Source of the DNA: an uncultured virus (IMG/VR IMGVR_UViG_3300032268_000759)
Lineage: Duplodnaviria; Heunggongvirae; Uroviricota; Caudoviricetes
DNA: 64,000 nucleotides
Reading direction: 5' to 3' (one strand)
Virus record (IMG/VR): IMGVR_UViG_3300032268_000759
Coordinates: 90,841-154,840 of that record
A program made the position numbers and the translations under genes. Shown piece by piece: positions 8,747 through 16,753 of the stretch. The notes under the pieces were generated by a model that had not been told where the DNA came from, ran no database searches, and worked only from the letters and a program-made list of their open reading frames with translations. Each line of letters opens with the position of its first letter. Positions within the stretch are counted from its first letter, which is position 1.

Positions 8747-10453
8747 ATGGCAGAAGTATTATTATCGCCTGGTGTTTTACAAAGAGAAAACGATAGTTCT
8801 CAGGTAACCCAAGGCCCAGTAACAGTAGGAGCAGCAATTATTGGACCAACAGTAAAAGGACCTGTTGAAATTCCAACATATGTTACTTCATACAGTGACT
8901 ATGTAAATAAATTTGGATCAACATTTGTAAGCGGCGGGAATGTATATTCTTATTTTACATCTATAGCTGCTTACAATTATTTCCAAAATGGTGGTGCATC
9001 ATTATTAGTAGCAAGAGTAGTAAGTGCTTCATCTACTTGGGCATCAGCAACAAGTACAGCTATTTCAGCAAGTACAAGTGCAACAGCATTTACTTTAGAA
9101 ACTCTTTCTAAAGGTACAATTATGAACAGTTCAAGTTCAATAGATGCAAGTGGATCTTTATTAAGTGGTTCAACTGATAATGTTAGATGGCAAATTGTAT
9201 CTCCAAATACAAGTTCAGGAACATTTGGTTTATTAGTTAGACAAGGTAATGATAATACAAACAATCCAATCATATTGGAAACTTGGACTAACTTATCATT
9301 AGATCCTAAAGCTCCTAATTATATATCTAATGTAATTGGTGATTACACATTTAATTACAATGCTACAAATAATCAAATTGAATTATCAGGTTCATATCCT
9401 AATGCTTCAAGATATCTTAGAGTAAAATCAGTAGCATTAACTACTCCAGATTATTTTGATAATACAGGTACTCCAAAATCACAATTTACAGGTTCAATTC
9501 CAGTAGCTGCAAGTGGTTCATTTACAGGTGCTACTGATACACAAAAAGGTGGAGCTGCATTTTATGATGCAATCACAACTTCAGGTAACACACAAGGTTT
9601 AGATGGTGGTAGTTATACAAACATGATCAATCTATTATCTAATCAAGATGATTATAGATTTAATATTTTATTAACACCAGGTTTATTCAATTCATTACAT
9701 GCAGATGCTGTATCAAATGTTATTACAAGTACTCAAGGTAGAGGTGATAATATTTTTGTATTAGATTTAGTACCTTATGGTTCATCAATTACATCAATTA
9801 CATCACAAGCTGCTTCACGTAATACTTCATATGCTGCTTCATACTGGCCATGGGGTCAAATATTAGATCCAGGTACAGGTAAAAATGTTTGGGTTCCAGC
9901 TTCAACTGTAATTGCAGGTGTTTACGCTTACAATGATAGAGTAGCTGAGCCTTGGTTTGCACCAGCAGGTATTAATCGTGGTGGATTAGGTAATGTAATT
10001 CGTGTAGAACAAAAATTATCTCAAGCTAATCGTGATACATTGTATCAAGCAAAAGTTAATCCATTAGCAACATTCCCAGGTACTGGAGTTGTAGTATATG
10101 GTAACAAAACATTACAAACTCAAGCATCAGCTTTAGATCGTGTAAATGTTCGTAGATTATTAATTTCACTAAAAGGATATATTGGTCAAGTAGCAAACAC
10201 ATTAGTATTTGAACAAAATACAACTGCTACAAGAAATCAGTTCTTAGCTCAAGTAAATCCATACTTAGAATCAGTTCAACAAAGACAAGGTTTATTTGCA
10301 TTTAGAGTAGTGATGGATGATTCAAATAATACTCCTGATGTAATAGATAGAAATCAATTAGTAGGTGCTATTTATTTACAACCAACTAAAACTGCTGAAT
10401 ACATTTACTTAGACTTTAACATTACTCCAACTGGTGCTACTTTCCCTGGATAA
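8747..10453 (+). CDS. contractile tail sheath protein (T4 gp18-like)
   Basis: LSPGV..RE.D N-terminus; PWFAPAGINRG, VNPLATFPG, GNKTLQ, DRVNVRRL, FEQN, DDSNNTPDVIDRN, IYLQPTKTAEYI. Confidence 0.95.
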   Translation: MAEVLLSPGVLQRENDSSQVTQGPVTVGAAIIGPTVKGPVEIPTYVTSYSDYVNKFGSTFVSGGNVYSYFTSIAAYNYFQNGGASLLVARVVSASSTWASATSTAISASTSATAFTLETLSKGTIMNSSSSIDASGSLLSGSTDNVRWQIVSPNTSSGTFGLLVRQGNDNTNNPIILETWTNLSLDPKAPNYISNVIGDYTFNYNATNNQIELSGSYPNASRYLRVKSVALTTPDYFDNTGTPKSQFTGSIPVAASGSFTGATDTQKGGAAFYDAITTSGNTQGLDGGSYTNMINLLSNQDDYRFNILLTPGLFNSLHADAVSNVITSTQGRGDNIFVLDLVPYGSSITSITSQAASRNTSYAASYWPWGQILDPGTGKNVWVPASTVIAGVYAYNDRVAEPWFAPAGINRGGLGNVIRVEQKLSQANRDTLYQAKVNPLATFPGTGVVVYGNKTLQTQASALDRVNVRRLLISLKGYIGQVANTLVFEQNTTATRNQFLAQVNPYLESVQQRQGLFAFRVVMDDSNNTPDVIDRNQLVGAIYLQPTKTAEYIYLDFNITPTGATFPG

Positions 10454-10471
10454 GGGAAGTAGTTACCTTTT
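10437..10471 (+). terminator. hairpin overlapping the sheath stop codon
   Basis: CTACTTTCCCT-GGATA-AGGGAAGTAG then TTACCTTTT. Confidence 0.55.
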
Positions 10472-10480
10472 AGAACCAAT

Positions 10481-10495
10481 AATATTTATAACAAA
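10481..10495 (+). promoter_or_regulatory. putative late promoter AATATTTATAACAAA
   Basis: 16 nt upstream of the tube ATG; matches the recurring motif. Confidence 0.65.
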
Positions 10496-10511
10496 TAAAT
10501 AACATAAGAAA

Positions 10512-11000
10512 ATGGCAGTATTAAACGCAAACGAAATATTTTTCACAGCATTTGAACCTAAACAACAGAATAGGTTTATAATGTATATCGATGGTGTTCC
10601 TTCTTACATGGTTAAAGGTGTAGGTGCAGTTACATTAACCCAAGAATCAATTAAATTAAACCATATTAACGTTGCAAGATATGTTAAAGGTAAATCAAAT
10701 TGGGGTCCAATTACATTTACATTATTTGATCCAATCACTCCATCAGGAGCTCAATCAGTAATGGAATGGGTACGTTTACATCATGAATCTGTAACTGGTC
10801 GTGACGGTTACTCAGATTTTTATAAAAAAGATTTAACATTTAATGTTTTAGGTCCAGTAGGTGATATTGTAAGTGAGTGGATTATTAAAGGAGCTTTAAT
10901 CACAGATACAAACTTTGGTGAGTACAGCTGGGATAATGAATCAGCAGCTCAATCAATTACAATGACAGTTCAACCTGATTACTGTGTGTTAAACTTCTAA
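10512..11000 (+). CDS. tail tube protein (T4 gp19-like)
   Basis: FEPKQQNRF, YVKGKSNWGPITFTLFD, VMEW, YKKD, EWIIKGA; follows the sheath. Confidence 0.9.
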   Translation: MAVLNANEIFFTAFEPKQQNRFIMYIDGVPSYMVKGVGAVTLTQESIKLNHINVARYVKGKSNWGPITFTLFDPITPSGAQSVMEWVRLHHESVTGRDGYSDFYKKDLTFNVLGPVGDIVSEWIIKGALITDTNFGEYSWDNESAAQSITMTVQPDYCVLNF

Positions 11001-11034
11001 GAAATTACTTTTTCCGAAGTATACGAAGAAAGTT

Positions 11035-11081
11035 AGCTTGGCCTTTGGCCAGGCTTTCTTTATCTTAATATTTATAATAAA
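11035..11081 (+). terminator. intrinsic terminator overlapping an early-type and a late-type promoter
   Basis: AGCTTGGCC-TTT-GGCCAGGCT+TTCTTT; CTTG(11037)-N20-TATCTTAA(11061); AATATTTATAATAAA at 11067. Confidence 0.65.
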
Positions 11082-11102
11082 CAAAGTTATTAAATAAAAT
11101 TT

Positions 11103-11840
11103 ATGAGTGAATTTAAATTTCCTACCGAAATGGTAGAGTTACCATCAAAGGGATTACCATACCCAGAATCAAATCCATTATCAGCAGGTAAGTTAGAAAT
11201 GAAATACATGACTGCTAGAGAAGAGGATATTTTAACTAATCAATCATATATTCAACAAGGAGTTGTTTTAGATAAACTATTACAATCACTTATTGTAACT
11301 AAAATTGATTACAATGATCTATTAGTAGGTGATAAAAATGCAATTTTAATTGCAGCACGTATTTTAGGTTATGGAAAAGATTATGCTTTTACTTATAAAG
11401 GTGAAGATGTAGTAGCTGATTTATCTACATTAGATAATAAAGTAATTGATGAAACATTATTTACTAAAGGTAAAAATGAATTTACATTTAAAGTACCTTC
11501 AACAAGTGATATTATTACTTTTAAATTATTAACTCATGGTGATGAATTATCTATGGATCGTGAATTAGCTGGTCTAAAGAAAATTAACCAATCACCAGAA
11601 GTATCAATGCGTTTAAAATATACTATATTATCAATTAATGGTAATAATGATCCTAAAAATGTTAGAGAATATGTAGATACTTACTTATTAGCGCGAGACG
11701 CTCGAGCATTACGTGAGTATATTAAGACAATACAACCTGACGTTAACTTAACGACTTCCATTGAAACATTAAACGGCTTAGTGGAGGAAGTCAATATACC
11801 TATTGGTCTTAACTTTTTTTGGCCTGACCTTGGAGTATAG
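11103..11840 (+). CDS. T4 gp26-like baseplate hub / tail assembly chaperone
   Basis: VELPSKG..YP, MTAREEDIL, IAARILGYG, ends FFWP; lies between tube and tape measure. Confidence 0.75.
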   Translation: MSEFKFPTEMVELPSKGLPYPESNPLSAGKLEMKYMTAREEDILTNQSYIQQGVVLDKLLQSLIVTKIDYNDLLVGDKNAILIAARILGYGKDYAFTYKGEDVVADLSTLDNKVIDETLFTKGKNEFTFKVPSTSDIITFKLLTHGDELSMDRELAGLKKINQSPEVSMRLKYTILSINGNNDPKNVREYVDTYLLARDARALREYIKTIQPDVNLTTSIETLNGLVEEVNIPIGLNFFWPDLGV

Positions 11841-12114
11841 AGTATTTCTATTTTCTCAAATTCATGAAATAATATTTCACGGAGGTGGTGGTTATGATTA
11901 TAGTACAGTATATAACATGCCTATATGGTTACGTAAATTTACATTTAGTAAATTAAGAGACCATTTTGATAAACAAAACCCAGACAATAACACAGATGAT
12001 ATTGTAGCTAAATCAAAAGCTGCAATGAGAATGGGAGCTAATGATGGAGTTGCTCCAAAAGTTAATGTTCCAACATATGTAACTAAAGCATCAAAGGCGT
12101 CACAACAAAAGTGA
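11803..12114 (+). CDS. gp51/gpT-like chaperone extension, probably expressed by frameshift from the upstream ORF
   Basis: No ATG near its 5' end; overlaps the upstream ORF across a run of seven T; NMPIWLR motif. Confidence 0.6.
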   Translation: MVLTFFGLTLEYRVFLFSQIHEIIFHGGGGYDYSTVYNMPIWLRKFTFSKLRDHFDKQNPDNNTDDIVAKSKAAMRMGANDGVAPKVNVPTYVTKASKASQQK

Positions 12115-12122
12115 TGCCTTTA
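12093..12122 (+). terminator. hairpin / terminator
   Basis: AAAGGCGTCAC-AACAAAA-GTGATGCCTTT, immediately followed by the late motif at 12122. Confidence 0.6.
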
Positions 12123-12145
12123 ATATTTATAATAAAATATACTAA

Positions 12146-14287
12146 ATGGCTGATCCAAATCAAAATATAAGAGACGGTAAAAAAGATCTTAATGAAATAA
12201 GTGCTATTGTTGGTGCATTAGACGATGGATTTCAATCGTTAACTTCCCGATTAACTGATTTAGCAGAAGGATTATCTAATATAGTTGATGATGCTAGAGC
12301 ATTCTCCAGAGTACAAAAAGATACAATATCTACATTAAATAAATTAGCTAAAACTAATGAAAAATTAATTAAAAATCAAATTGATTTAAATAATGGTCAG
12401 TTATCATCTAAAAAAATAAATGAACAAATAAATGAAATAACAGCTACAAGAGAAGTTCTTAATCAAAGATTAAATAATTTATTAGCAAAACAAACTCAGA
12501 ACTTAGTATTATCTCTAAATGAATTAGATGAAATAAAAACTTTACAAGAAGGTATAGCTGAAATAACAGGAGAAGTAACAGATAATTATAAGAATCAATT
12601 AAATTTTGCTAAAGAAATTGAAAAAAGAGCTGGAGGATTTCAAAAATTAGCAGGAGTAGTCAAATCAATTCCTGGTCTAAAAGGATTAGCTGGACCATTT
12701 CAAGATGCTGCTGATTCAGCTGCTAAAGCAGCCGCCAGTGGAAAAAGTACTTTCCAGATATTTAAAGCAGGAGCTGGGGGATTAATGTCATTCCTTAAAG
12801 GTCCAATTTGGATAACTGCTTTAGTTACAGCAGCAAAATTCTTTTTAGATGCTATGTTTGATGCTGATAAACGTGTCACAGATATAGCTAAGAATTTTTC
12901 AATATCTAAAGACAGTGCTAGAGCTCAATATGAGGTTTTAAAATCCTCAAAAACAGTTTTAACATCAATTTTAGACTCAACTAAAAATATAACTGAAGCT
13001 TTTAATGAGTTAGCTTCTTTATCTGATTTTGTATATCAAGCTTCATTTAAACAACTTGATACTCAAATACAATTAACTAAGGAAATAGGTATTCAAGCTG
13101 AAGAGGCTATTCAACTTCAACAATTATTTGTCTTAAATAATAATGAATCTGATAAAGGATTAGATATAATATATGATCAAATAGCAGCTTTTGCTAATCA
13201 GAATAAAATAGTAGCTGATGGTAGAAAAATTATAGCAGATGTAAATAGACTAAGTGGTCTAATAAAACTTAATTTTAGAGGTAACACAGGTGAAATAGTT
13301 AAAACAGTTTTAGAAGCTAAAAAATTAGGTTTAACATTAGATCAAGTAGCCAAAACTCAAAGTTCATTATTAGATTTTGAATCATCAATCTCAGCCCAAA
13401 TAGAAGCTGAGTTATTAACTGGAAGACAAATTAATTTAGAAAGAGCTAGATTATTTGCTTTAAATAATGATATAGCAGGTTTAACTGAAGAAATAGCTAA
13501 TCAAAATATTACTGCTGCTTCATTTAGTAGAATGAATGCTATACAACAAGAATCTATAGCTAAAACATTAGGAATGAGTGCTAATGAATTAGGTGATACT
13601 TTATATAAGCAAGAATTAATAAACAAAGCTGGAGGTCAGGAATTAAAAAATAAACGTGAAACTATTAAATTATTAGAATCACAAGGTAAATTAAGTGAAG
13701 CAGCACGTTTACAACAAGAATTAACAGCATTAGAAGGAGGATTATTACGTGGTGAAGCTTTAGAGGATGCTCAAAAATCATTAGATGCTCAAACTAAATT
13801 TGAAGCTTCATTAGAAAGAGCAAAAGAAATATTCTCTGATCTTGTTGATGGTGGAGCAATAGATAAACTATCAGACTTTATTATAAAATTTGCTAACGCT
13901 TTATCATCAGGACAATCATTAGCTAGTATATTGCTTCGTGGACCAAAAAGTGAAAATAAAGAAGAGAGACAAAATCGTCAAATGTCATCTTTAGGTGTAT
14001 CTCAATCTGAGATTAAACAAATACAAAAAGAAGAAGTCATAACAGCGGGTCCTGGTCCTAAATTTGCAGAGGGAGGAATTGTTAGAAAACCAATTTATAA
14101 CGCTACTGTAGGTGAAGCTGGTCCTGAGGCTATTATACCACTAGATAAATTTGATGGATTTATGAAAAGTCAACAAGAAACTAATATGTTATTAAGACAA
14201 TTAGTAAATAAATCAACAGATATAACACTTAACGGTGAAAGATTAACCAACGGCTTAGCTAAACAAACATATGCCTTAGGTTCATAA
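12146..14287 (+). CDS. tape-measure-like tail protein
   Basis: 713 aa, helical, A/L/E/K-rich; C-terminal FAEGGIV..P...VGEAGPEAIIPL; follows the chaperones. Confidence 0.75.
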   Translation: MADPNQNIRDGKKDLNEISAIVGALDDGFQSLTSRLTDLAEGLSNIVDDARAFSRVQKDTISTLNKLAKTNEKLIKNQIDLNNGQLSSKKINEQINEITATREVLNQRLNNLLAKQTQNLVLSLNELDEIKTLQEGIAEITGEVTDNYKNQLNFAKEIEKRAGGFQKLAGVVKSIPGLKGLAGPFQDAADSAAKAAASGKSTFQIFKAGAGGLMSFLKGPIWITALVTAAKFFLDAMFDADKRVTDIAKNFSISKDSARAQYEVLKSSKTVLTSILDSTKNITEAFNELASLSDFVYQASFKQLDTQIQLTKEIGIQAEEAIQLQQLFVLNNNESDKGLDIIYDQIAAFANQNKIVADGRKIIADVNRLSGLIKLNFRGNTGEIVKTVLEAKKLGLTLDQVAKTQSSLLDFESSISAQIEAELLTGRQINLERARLFALNNDIAGLTEEIANQNITAASFSRMNAIQQESIAKTLGMSANELGDTLYKQELINKAGGQELKNKRETIKLLESQGKLSEAARLQQELTALEGGLLRGEALEDAQKSLDAQTKFEASLERAKEIFSDLVDGGAIDKLSDFIIKFANALSSGQSLASILLRGPKSENKEERQNRQMSSLGVSQSEIKQIQKEEVITAGPGPKFAEGGIVRKPIYNATVGEAGPEAIIPLDKFDGFMKSQQETNMLLRQLVNKSTDITLNGERLTNGLAKQTYALGS

Positions 14288-14319
14288 TATTTATAACAAA
14301 CAAATTAAACAATACAACT

Positions 14320-14628
14320 ATGGGACTTCAAAACAAATTATTAACAGGTGGTTCTAATTTCACATTATGGGATGGCTCAGATCCTGCTATTAACCCATTA
14401 GCAACTAAACAATCACCATTACATGCTAAAAATGACCAGCCTAGTTATTCTTTAAATGGTAGTAATGCATCAGCTGTTATTACAGCTTATGGTGAATATG
14501 TAGATGGTGTACTTAATGCGATTCCTCAACCTTCACAATTAGATTTAAATGGTATAACACCATCAAAATACTCAGATAATTTACCTGAAGGTGGAATTAG
14601 TGATAGAGCACTTGATATTACAGGGTAA
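14320..14628 (+). CDS. hypothetical virion protein
   Basis: Late motif AATATTTATAACAAA at 14286; within the tail operon. Confidence 0.65.
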   Translation: MGLQNKLLTGGSNFTLWDGSDPAINPLATKQSPLHAKNDQPSYSLNGSNASAVITAYGEYVDGVLNAIPQPSQLDLNGITPSKYSDNLPEGGISDRALDITG

Positions 14629-14641
14629 TCAAATTAACTAA

Positions 14642-16450
14642 ATGGGTTTATTAAATTTACAAACAAATCTTAAATCCTTAAAGTACGGCAAAGATAGACC
14701 TGGTGGTGGTTCAAGCAACCAACCTTATATTATTACAGATATACCATCAGGAACTTCAACTTTATCTAACTACGATAATGATTTCATTTTACGAGGAGGC
14801 ATTTTAGCCGGTTCTCGTACGGCTCAAGATGTGTCTCGATTAACTCAAATGTTTGTTGATACAAAATCACCTAATGGGTTATTATTCACTATTAAACAAA
14901 ATGCTTTAACTAGATTAGGAGTTAGGACACAAGCTGGAGGACAAGAAATATATTTACCCACTAGTACATTAGCACAAGCTGGTGTAAATGCTTTTGGTTT
15001 ACATCTTTATAAACAAGGTGTAAATCCATTTCCTGATTTTAGCCTTGGTGGAATAGATATAGACCTACCAGGTAATATAAGAACATATTCTCAAGTAGTT
15101 AAAAGTAGTCAAGAGGCAAATAATAATAGACTATATAACTTAACTAATACTAAAATATATGGTAACATTGTTAATTTATCTGCATTAAATAATAATGTTT
15201 CTTTAAATCCTAATTTTTTAATTTCATATGGTGGAGGCCCAGGTTCTGTTTTAGGTATAGGTCCTACTAATATAAAATTAGCTGATAATACTATAACTAA
15301 AGGAAGTGGAGATGAATTTTATAACTATGCTAATAGTACTTTTAGTACATTACCTTATTATTTATTAAGTAAAGCTAGTGAAGTAAATGGAATTAAAGGA
15401 TTAACAGTTCCTTTTTCTCCTAAAATACAAGATTTTAGAAAAATTTTACAAGCAAAAATTTCTTCTATTATGTCTATATCACCTGAATATACAGGAAGTG
15501 CTGTTATAGAACAAAGAGTATTTTTAGGAAATCCAGGTCAAAGAGGAGATATTTCTAGTTATGTTACTGGTAAAAAAGATTTTACTGGAAGAGTATTAGG
15601 CGCTTTAGATAAGATAACAGCCAAACCTCTTTATAGTTCACGATTGGTAGATCCAAATGAAACAAATGATTTAGTTAAATTTAGAATTGAAGCAATTGAT
15701 AATGATGACCCAGGAAAATCTGTATTTATTCACTTTAGAGCATTTCTAAATAACTTTTCAGATGCATATAATGCTACTTGGAATTCTACTAAGTATGTTG
15801 GTAGAGGAGAAGAGTTTTATACTTATGGTGGTTTTAATAGAGGAATTTCTGTAGATTGGACTGTAGCAGCCCAATCAAAAGATGAATTAATTCCAATGTA
15901 TCAAAAACTAAATTACTTAGCATCTAACTTAACACCAGACTATAGTGCAAATGGTTATATGAGAGGACCTATGATGAGATTAACTATTGGAGGATATTTA
16001 TATTCTCAACCTGGTTTTATGACTAGTTTAACTTATACTATAGATGAATCAACTCCATGGGAAATAGGTATAAATAATACAAATGCTGGAAGTGATAACT
16101 CAGTAAAAGAATTATCTCATATTATAAAAGTATCTATGAATTATACACCAATTCATTCATTTGTTCCTCGTAAACAAACTAATAAGTATGAAGGTGTTAA
16201 AACATTAGTTGGTCCAATAATAGATGGAAAAAAAGCTAATGAAGCATCTAGTATATCAGAATTTGGTCCTGAACATTATATAGCATTAAACACAGGTAAT
16301 CATAATAATTATGATAATGAACCTAATTATACTCCTACAGTAAAACCTGTAGAAGTACAACCAATTCCAACTCCAACTCAACCACCACTAAAACAAGATC
16401 AAGAAGCTACATTCACTAATAATAACCCTAATAGATTTAAAGGATTCTAA
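14642..16450 (+). CDS. baseplate / tail-tube initiator-like protein
   Basis: FRAFL..FSD.Y.A.W...YVGRGE.FYTY.GF.R and PMMRLTIG..GF..SL motifs; precedes the LysM protein. Confidence 0.6.
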   Translation: MGLLNLQTNLKSLKYGKDRPGGGSSNQPYIITDIPSGTSTLSNYDNDFILRGGILAGSRTAQDVSRLTQMFVDTKSPNGLLFTIKQNALTRLGVRTQAGGQEIYLPTSTLAQAGVNAFGLHLYKQGVNPFPDFSLGGIDIDLPGNIRTYSQVVKSSQEANNNRLYNLTNTKIYGNIVNLSALNNNVSLNPNFLISYGGGPGSVLGIGPTNIKLADNTITKGSGDEFYNYANSTFSTLPYYLLSKASEVNGIKGLTVPFSPKIQDFRKILQAKISSIMSISPEYTGSAVIEQRVFLGNPGQRGDISSYVTGKKDFTGRVLGALDKITAKPLYSSRLVDPNETNDLVKFRIEAIDNDDPGKSVFIHFRAFLNNFSDAYNATWNSTKYVGRGEEFYTYGGFNRGISVDWTVAAQSKDELIPMYQKLNYLASNLTPDYSANGYMRGPMMRLTIGGYLYSQPGFMTSLTYTIDESTPWEIGINNTNAGSDNSVKELSHIIKVSMNYTPIHSFVPRKQTNKYEGVKTLVGPIIDGKKANEASSISEFGPEHYIALNTGNHNNYDNEPNYTPTVKPVEVQPIPTPTQPPLKQDQEATFTNNNPNRFKGF

Positions 16451-16452
16451 TA

Positions 16453-16752
16453 ATGAACAGATATCAAAATATACCTATTGAAAAAACAAATGGAGGAAAA
16501 CGAACTTATAAAACAGTTCGTTATCCTGATGTTCCTTTAACTGAAAATGATATATATGTTTATACTGTACAAGGTGATCGTTATGATATTTTAGCTCAAC
16601 AATACTACTCAGATAGTTCACTATGGTGGGTAATATCTATTGCTAATGAACAATTAGCCCAAAACTCATTAATTATACCTGAAGGTATACAAATAAGAAT
16701 CCCAGCAAATCCTGCTGCAGTGATAAGAACATTTAATAATATAAACTCTTAA
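16453..16752 (+). CDS. LysM-like baseplate wedge protein (gp53/gpX-like)
   Basis: GDRYDILAQQYYSDSSLWWVISIAN...GIQIRIP. Confidence 0.8.
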   Translation: MNRYQNIPIEKTNGGKRTYKTVRYPDVPLTENDIYVYTVQGDRYDILAQQYYSDSSLWWVISIANEQLAQNSLIIPEGIQIRIPANPAAVIRTFNNINS

Positions 16753-16753
16753 T

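Noticed and set aside
367-10462. Shared TAAGGGAAGTAG at 373-384 and 10451-10462 as a repeated element
   Set aside because: The second copy is explained as the 3' arm of a hairpin complementary to the sheath's last codons; only two copies, probably coincidence
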